Shown here: one piece after another, positions 27,985 to 37,231 of the stretch
Position numbering within the stretch: position 1 is the first letter of the stretch
How the letters are laid out: the number at the start of each line of letters is the position of its first letter
Assembly (NCBI GenBank): GCA_965199825.1
Contig: OZ241329.1
Span: 1,888,001 to 1,952,000, forward strand
DNA length: 64,000 nt
DNA from: Bdellovibrionales bacterium
GTDB lineage: Bacteria; Bdellovibrionota; Bdellovibrionia; Bdellovibrionales; UBA1609
Direction of reading: 5' to 3'
Position numbers and translations under genes: made by a program
The notes under the pieces: generated by a model
Told to the model about the DNA's origin: nothing
Database searches by the model: none
The model's input: the letters and a program-made list of their open reading frames with translations, nothing else

Positions 27985-28860
27985 ATGATTTTGTTTATTT
28001 TTTTTTGTTTTATATGCAGTGCTCAAACAGCCGAAAGTTTTAAGTATGTTCCTGTGGATTTTCGCCATTCTCCTCGCGCTTTAAAGGCCTATCAAAATTG
28101 TATTCGAATTTTAACTCCACGTGAGGATCGGCCTTTGAATTTTCCTCTCGATTTGGGTGTCCCTTTGCGTCAGCCGCATCGATGGGAGTCGATGGGTCCA
28201 AAATCGGTTGAATCCTGGAATTTGATGCTGGTGCATTGCAATGGCGAAATGAACTGTGAGTTTGATCATGGCAAATGGAGAATTATATCAGACCAATATC
28301 CCGGTGTACTTGAGCAGATACCCGAAACCGATGAGCTCAATAAATTTGGAGAAGCTTTAGGAATTCGTCGCTCGCCACTTGAAAATCGAGGATTGGCGTT
28401 ATTCAGAAATCACACGGTGGACCAACATCTTTCCGACAGCATTGACTGGTTGTCTTACCGAATCGATTTGGTTTATCAAATTCGAGTGAAAATAAAAAAT
28501 AACATGTTGCGATCGACTCTTGGATTTGAGCCCATGCCTCTTAAAGAATTTTCTGCTCAAAATGTTTTAGATATTATTCAAGCCTTGATTGACTATGAAA
28601 AGGTTGAAAGCTCTATCGATATTGATTGGATCGAGGTGGTGTCGGCCACAAATTTATTTGAACTTGATTTTCCAATGCGCCTTGGTGAAGAAGTGGTTCA
28701 AAAATACACCTATTTTAAAATCAATTCGCTCACTCTGCATTTGGCCGCTCGCTTGTCCCAATTTTTTGAACACGTTCCGGTGATCGCGCGCAGGGTGTAT
28801 TCGGCCAATTACAACACCGCTCAAATTTTTAAAGACGGTCAATCCTTATTGGATCGATGA
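27985..28860 (+). CDS. Hypothetical protein, probably exported
   Basis: Likely start MILFIFFCFICSA, divergent from bioB; no recognised domain. Confidence 0.6.
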   Translation: MILFIFFCFICSAQTAESFKYVPVDFRHSPRALKAYQNCIRILTPREDRPLNFPLDLGVPLRQPHRWESMGPKSVESWNLMLVHCNGEMNCEFDHGKWRIISDQYPGVLEQIPETDELNKFGEALGIRRSPLENRGLALFRNHTVDQHLSDSIDWLSYRIDLVYQIRVKIKNNMLRSTLGFEPMPLKEFSAQNVLDIIQALIDYEKVESSIDIDWIEVVSATNLFELDFPMRLGEEVVQKYTYFKINSLTLHLAARLSQFFEHVPVIARRVYSANYNTAQIFKDGQSLLDR

Positions 28861-29945
28861 AATTCAAGATAGCGCTGGGCTTTTTCTGAATCCATAAACT
28901 TACACAATTTTTCGAACGGGATTTTTGAAATATCAACCATCAAAAGTCCATCTACGGTTTGAAAAAGAGCGTCGTGGTTAAACCCAAAAAACTTTGCACC
29001 CAAATCATGGTACTCACTATAGAGTGGTGGAAACCGAACCTTTTTTTGTGAGTTCATTTGAGTGACTCCATACCAATCTTTTAAATCTTTTATTGATTTC
29101 AGATTTTCCAAAACTATTTGAATATCATCGGGATTGAGCAAAATTTGATATTGGGGTGGATTGTGCGCCCGGACCTGCAGATGGAGAGGATGAGCATGAT
29201 GAGTCATAAAAAAGCTTTGAATAAGAAATTTGGCATGTTCGCTGATGTGATCAGGCATACTCGCACTGCCAATTAAAAATCGATATCGAGGGTGACGAGC
29301 CACAAAATCGGCAATTCCTGCCAAAAGAAATTTGAGTGTCCGACCATTCTGAAATTCTGGAGTGACAATGCTGCGGGACACTTCGACCATCTGATTTTTA
29401 AAATCCTCGGTAAACACGAATGCGGTATCAAATTGAGTGGGAGTGTAAAGTGACGTCGCGGTTCCAGGAGTTAAACGATACGCCCCCGAGATTTTTTTGC
29501 GGCTCGGTTTTTTCTGCCACGCAATCACATGAAAAGATTCACTATCTAGCACATCGTCGATGTCGCGGCTCTTTCCTGTTCCTGCCCCAATAGTTCGAAA
29601 GGTGAGTTCACGAAGTCGGCCGAGTTCTAAAAGAGTTAGCGGAATTTTTGAGCCCTTAATGACAAAAACCATCAGACCTTCATCGGGCTTGTCGGGATGT
29701 GTATCAATGTAGGGGTCGTGTTGTGCCCTGACCAGCTCATTAAAAAGATCGGGTCCAGGAATTTCGTCGGCAATCGGCTCCTCGATGCGTCGTTGGACCT
29801 CGGTCGTGATCGCAAGAGGCGGTGCACTTATTTTTTTAAACAAATCTTGGCTGATATCGACTCGACCATTTAAAAAATTAAGGCAGGGATGAAGGCTCTC
29901 AGCCCAGGCCAAACAAAAAAAGAGCAAAAGTTTTGTCATGCGCAT
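28839..29945 (-). CDS. GNAT-family N-acyltransferase (OlsB/putative hemolysin-like) with signal peptide
   Basis: ELGRLRELTFRTIGAGTG..DID, GAYRL, EVSRS, RFLIG, PPL..Y..LGA, DGLLMVD. Confidence 0.8.
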   Translation of the reverse strand: MRMTKLLLFFCLAWAESLHPCLNFLNGRVDISQDLFKKISAPPLAITTEVQRRIEEPIADEIPGPDLFNELVRAQHDPYIDTHPDKPDEGLMVFVIKGSKIPLTLLELGRLRELTFRTIGAGTGKSRDIDDVLDSESFHVIAWQKKPSRKKISGAYRLTPGTATSLYTPTQFDTAFVFTEDFKNQMVEVSRSIVTPEFQNGRTLKFLLAGIADFVARHPRYRFLIGSASMPDHISEHAKFLIQSFFMTHHAHPLHLQVRAHNPPQYQILLNPDDIQIVLENLKSIKDLKDWYGVTQMNSQKKVRFPPLYSEYHDLGAKFFGFNHDALFQTVDGLLMVDISKIPFEKLCKFMDSEKAQRYLEFHRSNKD

Positions 29946-30030
29946 CTCATATTCAAGTTCATCTTAAATTCCTAGTCCGCGCCGGGTCAGACCGAAGTCC
30001 ACATTTCTCAAAAAGACTCACCTGAAGTCT

Positions 30031-32334
30031 TTGATAAACCGAAGAGATGACTGGAGAAACTCATTGGAATTTTTGAACGCGCTTTCAAAAAACGAAAAGC
30101 GAATTTTAGCAGCGGTAGGGCTTGTCGGCCTTATCGTGCTATTTTTTTTAGCTAACGATGATCTCTTTAGCCATTTTCGTCAGACCTCCACCGAGCCCGA
30201 AGTCGGCAGAATCGTTTTTGTTAAAAACGACACTCGTCACAAAGATGTCAATTCTGTCGCTTGGGGAAATGCAAAAACAGAAGAAATCATTCGCCGCGGA
30301 GATTCGGTATTTAGCGGACAAAAGTCATCAGCCCAAGTGGAACTTAAAAAGGGCGGAGTGATCGAGATTGGCGAAAACAGCTTGATTGTTTTTCGTGAAA
30401 TGGGTGGCGATATCGTTGGAAACATCGATATGGGAAGTTTTCGAATTAAATCCGAAGGTACTTTAAAAGTTGCAGTGGGTGGACGAGTGACAACCATCGA
30501 AGGTCATCAGTCAGATATCCAGATCATTGTAGCCAAAAACAAAAAACCACAAGTGCGCCTGATCTCAGGACAAGCAAAAATAAAACAAGAAAACAACCAA
30601 ACTCTGCAGTTGGTCGAACGGGATGTGGCAAGTCTTGATGAACCCGTTGTTGAGACAAAACCAGCCGATCTTCCTGTGGCTTTGCCTTCTGAAATTCCGG
30701 CAGAAGTTGAAGCCCCGAAACCGGCTGAAAAAGTAGTCGCAGCCCCCCAAATTCCCCAATTAGCCGATGTGATTTACACGTGGCATCTTGACGATCTTTA
30801 TTTGCGCCAAGGAAATTTAATCAGCGAAGCCACACCATCAAAAACGGTAACACTGGCGCTGACTACGTCTTATCTTGAAAAAGATCAACAGTGTCAGGTT
30901 GAACTGAGCGATGAGGTCGAATTCAAACAAGCCGAGCAGGCGTCGGGCAGCGAAGGTGTGATCCACTTTGCAAAACTCTTTTTAGGAGTGAATTACTGGC
31001 GCGCCTCGTATGATAAGACCCTGTGGTCCACCGCCCAGACATTTAATGTGACCTCTCAATTTTTAGCTCCGCAACCCGAAATTCATGCGGCCCTCGATAC
31101 GGTTCCCTTTATTGGAGAAGTGGCAAAACTTCCGATGGAGATCACCGCAAAATTTGAGACCACGGGATTTGTGGTTCAAAGCTCAAAAAATATTGATTTC
31201 AAAGATTCCATAAGTTTTTGGTCACAAAATTCAAAATTTAATTTGAGCTTTTTTGAGCCCGGAGATTTTTATTACCGCGTACGAGCCGTCAATGTTCAGC
31301 AAGAGCTTACCGATTGGTCTTCGCCAGTTTTGTTCAAGGTTTATGTTCCTGAGAAAATTAAAGCGCCGATGATGTCAGTTGCACAAATTGAGGTGACCGA
31401 AGGCGAGCATGTCTCTCTCAATTGGTCACAAGTCAAACAAGCTTCACAGTATCAACTCGAAGTTTTTGATCACGATCACAAGGTCATCGAAAATTATCAG
31501 GGCCAAGACACCCAAATGATTTATCAAGCAGGTGAGCCAGGACTCTACACCACAAAACTCACCATGATTGATTCTTACGGTCGAAAGTCAGTGACACCAA
31601 ATCCCACCCGAATATTGGTGCAACCAAAACCTGTAATTGAAGTGATCAAACCTTTGGCGGTTGCAAAACCGGTGGAGGTCAAGCCGGCTGCGGTTGTCGC
31701 AGCGACTGAGCCCGTAAAGGAAGTTGAGCATTATAATGATTTAAATCGCTCACAGGTTCAGGTTGAAGGTTCTCTTACAACCATTCAATCGAGCGAGCAA
31801 GTGAACGAAGGTATAGATCCCATCACCACAGGTCGAATCGGTGTGATCGTTCGACATTGGTGGAATAAAAATGGAATACAGCTGAGTTATCATTCAGATC
31901 TTGCAGCTGTTCAGGGCACGGGTTCAATGGCCAAAGCCTTCGAAGCTCGATACCTCCGCTCGTTAAAGATATTCGATAATTTTGCGCTGCACTTTTTTGT
32001 TTTTGGTGGATATGAAAACTATCGCAATTCAAATCAGGCAGGTGCCTATTCGCCTGGATACGATGTGGTAAAACTTGGCCTCACAGCCGAAGCTCCGCTT
32101 TTTGCACACTCCGCCTTGAGCGCTGAGGTTTCTTATGGAGTGGGACTCAGTGGAGGATCACTCTATGAACTTGGAGCCCGCTACGATTATTTTTTCCAAA
32201 AAAATTGGTCCCTCGGCTTAGGTTTTCGACTGCACTTTTTTGAAGCCGGTAGTGCGGCCCAGGCTCCGTATGGCAACTTGCCGTTTCGTGAGGGATCGGC
32301 GGATTCCTATTCCCTCCTAAAATATTACTACTAA
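30031..32334 (+). CDS. FecR-domain protein with Ig/FN3-like repeats and a C-terminal beta-barrel-like region
   Basis: TM segment; GDSVFSG..S.A.V.L..GG.I.IGENSLI (FecR); YYRVRA..WS (FN3-like); amphipathic strands ending KYYY. Confidence 0.75.
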   Translation: MINRRDDWRNSLEFLNALSKNEKRILAAVGLVGLIVLFFLANDDLFSHFRQTSTEPEVGRIVFVKNDTRHKDVNSVAWGNAKTEEIIRRGDSVFSGQKSSAQVELKKGGVIEIGENSLIVFREMGGDIVGNIDMGSFRIKSEGTLKVAVGGRVTTIEGHQSDIQIIVAKNKKPQVRLISGQAKIKQENNQTLQLVERDVASLDEPVVETKPADLPVALPSEIPAEVEAPKPAEKVVAAPQIPQLADVIYTWHLDDLYLRQGNLISEATPSKTVTLALTTSYLEKDQQCQVELSDEVEFKQAEQASGSEGVIHFAKLFLGVNYWRASYDKTLWSTAQTFNVTSQFLAPQPEIHAALDTVPFIGEVAKLPMEITAKFETTGFVVQSSKNIDFKDSISFWSQNSKFNLSFFEPGDFYYRVRAVNVQQELTDWSSPVLFKVYVPEKIKAPMMSVAQIEVTEGEHVSLNWSQVKQASQYQLEVFDHDHKVIENYQGQDTQMIYQAGEPGLYTTKLTMIDSYGRKSVTPNPTRILVQPKPVIEVIKPLAVAKPVEVKPAAVVAATEPVKEVEHYNDLNRSQVQVEGSLTTIQSSEQVNEGIDPITTGRIGVIVRHWWNKNGIQLSYHSDLAAVQGTGSMAKAFEARYLRSLKIFDNFALHFFVFGGYENYRNSNQAGAYSPGYDVVKLGLTAEAPLFAHSALSAEVSYGVGLSGGSLYELGARYDYFFQKNWSLGLGFRLHFFEAGSAAQAPYGNLPFREGSADSYSLLKYYY

Positions 32335-32372
32335 AAACTGGCCCCTTTAATTGTTTTTCAAGTGGTAGTTTT

Positions 32373-33299
32373 TTAATCCACAAGCCCTGTCAATTCAGAA
32401 AATATTTGGTGGGATTTCGTCGCCTTTATTAAAAATTCGTTATGATAAATGGTGTACAGAGCGAGATGGTTGTTGAGATCTTGAATTTTCTTGGTGGTAC
32501 ACCAAGTTCTTCGCGACATCCTCTTAAGATTATCCCGAATCATTGCACAGGTATGATTCAAACTGAAGATGGGATCAAAGCCTCCGCGTTTAAGTTCACC
32601 TTGTCCGACAACGCAGCCTCTTTTGCCCTTAAAAGTCTTGTGCTCATGATATTTAAAATGTTTTTTTATATCTGCAGAATAATGAGGATTTTTATCGGAG
32701 TGGAAGATGCAATCCTTTCGAATCAAAGTTTTAAGTTTTTTAAAAAGCCTAGTGCGAGCTTCAGATCTCTCATCTTTCCGGTAGCCGTATTTAAGCCGAG
32801 CTTTCTTGCTTAATAATCCTTTAGCCGGCATCTGGCTGCATTCAACACCAAGGATTCGTCTGGTTTTTTTGTCAACCGCTATCGTGATTGAAATTGGTTT
32901 ACACTTGGTATGCTCAAAGGTTTCCATATCGTCAAATTGCACTTCAGTAATGTTTTGCTCTTTGATTTGTTGATCTAAAAAATCAAATGAAAGAGCTGCC
33001 AGAAAACGAAATTTTCTAATTATAGTTTTACGATTTGTTCTTAGAACAAGCGCGGTTCTTCTTTTAGAAAACCCACCACACAGTTTGTGATAAATCGGAA
33101 TATTTAAATTCCGTTTCTTTTGACGATAGCAGACTTCGCGGGTTGCACTTGAAAAACTCTTGTTACATTGAATACAGCAATAGCGTTGAATTTTTTTTTG
33201 ATCGGATTTTCGAAAGAAAAATCCGGCTTTACGAAATCGCATCCGATCTTTTCCGGATATTTTTTCGCAATCACAAACTGGGTTTGATCTCTGATTCAT
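32373..33299 (-). CDS. IS1-family-like transposase (Zn ribbon, HTH and RNase H-like domain in one ORF)
   Basis: CDC..QRYCCIQC; helical FSKRRTALVL; QFDDME, HSDKNPHY; NHTCAMIRDNLKRMSRRTWCTTKK resembles the InsB C-terminal helix. Confidence 0.75.
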   Translation of the reverse strand: MNQRSNPVCDCEKISGKDRMRFRKAGFFFRKSDQKKIQRYCCIQCNKSFSSATREVCYRQKKRNLNIPIYHKLCGGFSKRRTALVLRTNRKTIIRKFRFLAALSFDFLDQQIKEQNITEVQFDDMETFEHTKCKPISITIAVDKKTRRILGVECSQMPAKGLLSKKARLKYGYRKDERSEARTRLFKKLKTLIRKDCIFHSDKNPHYSADIKKHFKYHEHKTFKGKRGCVVGQGELKRGGFDPIFSLNHTCAMIRDNLKRMSRRTWCTTKKIQDLNNHLALYTIYHNEFLIKATKSHQIFSELTGLVD

Positions 33300-33312
33300 T
33301 TCTAATCAGTAG

Positions 33313-33328
33313 AGCAAAGCCTTTGCCA
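33313..33328 (-). promoter_or_regulatory. Sigma-54-like promoter inside the IS end
   Basis: Minus strand TGGCAAAGGCTTTGCT (GG-N10-GC); predicted +1 about 3 nt before the transposase ATG. Confidence 0.55.
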
Positions 33329-33351
33329 CGAACAATTAAAGGGGCCAGCTG

Positions 33352-33633
33352 TTATTTGACAGGTTGGGAGTTGATTGAGAGCTGCGCACTCAACCCCGTA
33401 CCAGTTTCAATCGTACGAGTCGATGTGATGGTAGCTCTCATGCTGACGGTGCCCGCACTGGAGATCACTTGGCCAGGAGAAATCTTAAGAGTGGTTGAAC
33501 CAGAGACCTGCGGAGTTGGTGTGGCCGAATCGGGTGATCTTCCAACCGAACCACTGCCCACAAAATTTGATACCGCTTTTCCGCAACCTAATGCGGATAA
33601 GGATAAACAAATAATGATGAATTGATATCTCAT
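33352..33633 (-). CDS. Small lipoprotein
   Basis: Lipobox-like SALGC, then a Ser/Thr-rich beta-type sequence. Confidence 0.7.
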   Translation of the reverse strand: MRYQFIIICLSLSALGCGKAVSNFVGSGSVGRSPDSATPTPQVSGSTTLKISPGQVISSAGTVSMRATITSTRTIETGTGLSAQLSINSQPVK

Positions 33634-33651
33634 GATTAACTTATCGGAATT

Positions 33652-33936
33652 TTAGCGAGCATCCTCAAGGGCCTCGCCCATGGCCTGTACCGTTTTTTCG
33701 TACTCGTCAAAAACAGCATTTTCGATCATCTCGCGGGTTTCTTGATTTAAGGGATGGGCAATATCTTTAAATTGGCCGTCTTTTCTTTTCTTTGAAGGCA
33801 TTGCAACGAAGAGACCCTCATTGCCTTTGATCACCTTGAGGTCTCGCACAACAAAACACTCGTCGATGGTCAGAGTAACATAAGCCTTTAGGCGTTCCTC
33901 ATTCACAGGGAACACTTTAACTTCTGTGATCTTCAT
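33652..33936 (-). CDS. spoVG: SpoVG family nucleic-acid-binding protein
   Basis: MKITEVKV, LKAYVT, GLFVAMPS, FKDIAHPLN..TR; SD AGGAG. Confidence 0.95.
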   Translation of the reverse strand: MKITEVKVFPVNEERLKAYVTLTIDECFVVRDLKVIKGNEGLFVAMPSKKRKDGQFKDIAHPLNQETREMIENAVFDEYEKTVQAMGEALEDAR

Positions 33937-34049
33937 TTTAGTACTCCTGGTGTAAGACATGTCGCAATCTGCGCAGTCGATAATTCCTATTTTATCGGCA
34001 AACTGGACCTTTGGATAAATTTATTTTGTTTTGTCGCAAAATGAGACGT

Positions 34050-34577
34050 TTAAAACTGAAGACCGAGCATCAAGAGCGATGTTGTGATGATTGGAGTGAC
34101 CAAAAGATAAAATTTTGTATAAGTTTTTTGTGAAAAATTTAAACGAAGAGCGCTCTCGAGTCCGGCGATCGGAACAAATCCCTTGCCGTGATCAAATTCA
34201 AAAAGACGAAAGGGCCTTGCCGCTTTTTGGCGAAAAGCCTCGTCGTCTTGAATGTATCCCCCAGCCGCCAAGCCGAGATATAATTTTTGATTCAAAAATT
34301 TTTGTCCAAGTGAAAATAAACCACCGCTCATCGGCAAACCCACACTGTTGTTGCCAGAAAATCCTGAAAGAGTTAAAAATCTTTTTTGATCTTCACCCAC
34401 GTAGCGAATTCCAAAAAGTGGATTAAAAATAAGTCTGCCGTTTTTAGAAATCTTTTGGACAAATTGATCTGAGCTACCTTCGTCCACAAAGTGAAAGGTG
34501 ATGGCCCCACCAAAAATTTCAAAGGAGCTCAATGCAAAAGTGGGGCTTAAAAAAATGGCAAATAAAACAGCCAACAT
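34050..34577 (-). CDS. Small outer-membrane beta-barrel-like hypothetical protein
   Basis: Signal peptide, amphipathic strands, terminal Phe. Confidence 0.6.
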   Translation of the reverse strand: MLAVLFAIFLSPTFALSSFEIFGGAITFHFVDEGSSDQFVQKISKNGRLIFNPLFGIRYVGEDQKRFLTLSGFSGNNSVGLPMSGGLFSLGQKFLNQKLYLGLAAGGYIQDDEAFRQKAARPFRLFEFDHGKGFVPIAGLESALRLNFSQKTYTKFYLLVTPIITTSLLMLGLQF

Positions 34578-34586
34578 TTCATAAAA

Positions 34587-35987
34587 CTACTTCAGATAAA
34601 TCAGAAAGGGATGCTCTTGTTTTAAAACGCGTAAAATATTAATTGTTCCGGGCTTAAGCAGTTGGAAAACATCTTGGGGTTTGCTCACAGCCTTGCGGTT
34701 CACATCAAGGATGATATCACCGGGTGCAAGGCCTGCCTTGGCTGCGGGGGAGTGGATCTCCACTTCGGAAATTATGGGCCTTGGTTCGCTCAATCCGGGA
34801 AGCCCCATTTCATCAACCAATGCCTTAGAATATTCCACAGCCGAAAAGCCGTAGCTATTTGGGGCCTTGATGCCCTTTGGAGTTTTAACTTTGCTCACAA
34901 AGGCTTTGCGCTCATCATCTTTTTTGGCCACTTGCACTTTAAGACTTAGCGGTTTGCCACCGCGAATCACTTTCAGATTTACGGTTTCTCCAACGGGGGT
35001 ATTTAAAACATACCGACTCATATCGTTGCGACTGGTCACCGGTTTGCCATTGAATTCTACAATCAAATCGTGATTTTTAATTCCAGCAGTTTCGGCAGGA
35101 GAGTGGGGTCCAACGTCCACAACAAGTGCGCCCTCTTGTTGAACCATGTTGGCGGACTCGGCATATTGCTCGTCGAGATCAAGCATTGCGATTCCAATAT
35201 ATCCGCGCTGAACAATTCCGTTTTTTTCAAGCTGTGGCAAAATCGATTTGACCACATCAATCGGAATTGCAAACCCAAGTCCGGGGCCTCGCTCATCAAT
35301 TGCGGTATTCACCCCAATCACTTCGCCCCGAATGTTGACAAGCGGTCCACCCGAGTTTCCGCGATTGATGCTGGCATCGGTCTGGATAAATGGTGAAATA
35401 TTAATTTCGTTAATCTCACGATTCAGAGCCGACACAATTCCCTTTGTCATTGTGTGACCATGACCATAAGGATTTCCAAATGCAGTGACCCATTCGCCCA
35501 CTTCAAGTTCGCTACTCACTCCGAGGCGCGCCACGGTTAAATGTTTTTTTGTTTTGATGCGCAATAAAGCAATATCGGTTTTGTCGTCTTTGCCGATCAC
35601 TTCGGCGTCGATCAGATCTTTGCTGCCTTCTTCGAGCTGAACTTTAATTACGTCGGCCTGATCGATCACATGATTGTTGGTCACGATCAAGCCATCAGCA
35701 CGAATAATAAATCCTGTGCCTAAGGATTGGGTCGGGCGCTGCTGTGGAGATTGTCCACCGAGTTGCTCGAGCATTTCGGAAAATGGATCTTGAGGACCAA
35801 GACCACGTCGTCGTCCCATCATCTGATGGGGGAGTTGTGTGGTGTTGATATTGACCACTGCAGGATTTACCGCTTTTGAGATTTCAACAAAAATATTTGT
35901 GGGTAGGGGATCACTTTTTTTAAGCTTTAGCAGGTCGGTTTTTTCTTGAGCAAAGGCACAGCCCAAAATCATCAAGATCATCAACAT
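34587..35987 (-). CDS. DegP/DegQ (HtrA) serine protease with two PDZ domains
   Basis: TNNHV, DIAL, QTDASINRGNSGGPL; two PDZ domains. Confidence 0.95.
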   Translation of the reverse strand: MLMILMILGCAFAQEKTDLLKLKKSDPLPTNIFVEISKAVNPAVVNINTTQLPHQMMGRRRGLGPQDPFSEMLEQLGGQSPQQRPTQSLGTGFIIRADGLIVTNNHVIDQADVIKVQLEEGSKDLIDAEVIGKDDKTDIALLRIKTKKHLTVARLGVSSELEVGEWVTAFGNPYGHGHTMTKGIVSALNREINEINISPFIQTDASINRGNSGGPLVNIRGEVIGVNTAIDERGPGLGFAIPIDVVKSILPQLEKNGIVQRGYIGIAMLDLDEQYAESANMVQQEGALVVDVGPHSPAETAGIKNHDLIVEFNGKPVTSRNDMSRYVLNTPVGETVNLKVIRGGKPLSLKVQVAKKDDERKAFVSKVKTPKGIKAPNSYGFSAVEYSKALVDEMGLPGLSEPRPIISEVEIHSPAAKAGLAPGDIILDVNRKAVSKPQDVFQLLKPGTINILRVLKQEHPFLIYLK

Positions 35988-36005
35988 GAAAAACTCCTAG
36001 TTTTT

Positions 36006-36299
36006 TTAGGGCGCTTTGGTTTGCGCTTGGACAAACTTCATTTGTAAATCATGAATGATAAAATCGAGAAATGAAGATTCCTCCTTACTCAAATTATTTT
36101 TGGTCTTCTCTTTTAAAATCAAAAGGAGATCTATATTAAACTGAGCCATTTCAAAATTGACCTCGACTTTTTGGGTCTGAGGATTCGGGGCTTGGCCTAA
36201 GGCCATCATTGCCGAGCTCCCGATCGAGAGGACAAGGGTTGAAAATTGGGCGGCTAATTGTGGGCTCTCGGGTTGCCGGTCTTTTTGTTCGTCTGCCAT
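36006..36299 (-). CDS. DUF1844 family protein
   Basis: ALG..PNP, A...IDLL..L.EKTKNNL..EE. Confidence 0.85.
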   Translation of the reverse strand: MADEQKDRQPESPQLAAQFSTLVLSIGSSAMMALGQAPNPQTQKVEVNFEMAQFNIDLLLILKEKTKNNLSKEESSFLDFIIHDLQMKFVQAQTKAP

Positions 36300-36314
36300 A
36301 AACCTTTGCTTTTG

Positions 36315-37154
36315 TTAGAGGGGATAATAACCCAGCAAGTGTTCGATGCGACGTTGAATGCTGGGTTGCACCCGAAAATACTGAGGCTTTTTGCTTGCCG
36401 TCAAGGGATTCACAATAAACAAATGGGCCATGGATGGAGAAATTTCCATAGGAAAAGTTGCGGCATAACTTTCTAATTTCCAAAGAACAACCGCAAGCCC
36501 GCGTGCATTTTTAATTTGATTGGCCGCTTCTTGATCGGCCTGCAAATAATTTCTTGGGCCCACAATCAATCGCACCGCAAGAGCCGCAAAGGGATAAGCC
36601 ATTTTTGTAAAAACGCGGGGCCGTCGATTGCCTCCGCCTGCACCCACCACAAAGCCAATCACCCGATCTAAAAATTGGGCGCTCATCAAAATCCCATCGC
36701 TAAATGCATTGGCCACCTGAAATGAAAAAGTATCGAGCCGCTCGATGCGTGTGAGTTCCACTGCCACAACCGCTTCGATCTCTTCGGCATTAAAAACTTT
36801 TAATAATCCGCGAGTGAGACAAATTTTTGCGCTCTTCCAACTGCGTCCCACCGAAAAAGCCTGGGGGGTGTCATGCTCCACAATATAAACTTCGGGAGGT
36901 GGAAGTTTCATCTGAGCCGAGAGTTTTTTTACCAACGGCAACAGATTCCATGGATCTTGACCGAGCACACGCTCACCGCCAAATAAATTTAAAGTGCGAA
37001 GATCACCATAAAAAAAGACAAGGGTATTGATGCCAAGCGCTAATCCCACTCCGATAATCAACCCCTGACGATCGAGCAAAATATAACCCGCAACAGTTAA
37101 AAAAAGTGAAAGACAAAATAAAAAAAACCAGGCTTTAAGTGGACCTCTTGACAT
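36315..37154 (-). CDS. HtpX/M48-like membrane protein lacking the Zn ligands
   Basis: HtpX architecture (P.VYI..PQAF..GR, T.GLL..EIEAV) but AVELTRI in place of AHELxH. Confidence 0.8.
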   Translation of the reverse strand: MSRGPLKAWFFLFCLSLFLTVAGYILLDRQGLIIGVGLALGINTLVFFYGDLRTLNLFGGERVLGQDPWNLLPLVKKLSAQMKLPPPEVYIVEHDTPQAFSVGRSWKSAKICLTRGLLKVFNAEEIEAVVAVELTRIERLDTFSFQVANAFSDGILMSAQFLDRVIGFVVGAGGGNRRPRVFTKMAYPFAALAVRLIVGPRNYLQADQEAANQIKNARGLAVVLWKLESYAATFPMEISPSMAHLFIVNPLTASKKPQYFRVQPSIQRRIEHLLGYYPL

Positions 37155-37231
37155 GATTGAAGATTATATCGATTGCCCAATGGCAGTTACAACTGTGAAA
37201 ATGGGGCTCTCAAAAAAAAGGAGACCACTTC

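Larger units (their letters stand above)
32338..33348. mobile_element. IS1-like insertion element with 18-bp perfect terminal inverted repeats
   Basis: CTGGCCCCTTTAATTGTT (32338-32355) / AACAATTAAAGGGGCCAG (33331-33348) bracket a single transposase-like ORF; intergenic. Confidence 0.8.

Noticed and set aside
33143..33625. 160-aa plus-strand ORF
   Set aside because: Antisense to the transposase and lipoprotein and crosses the IS end
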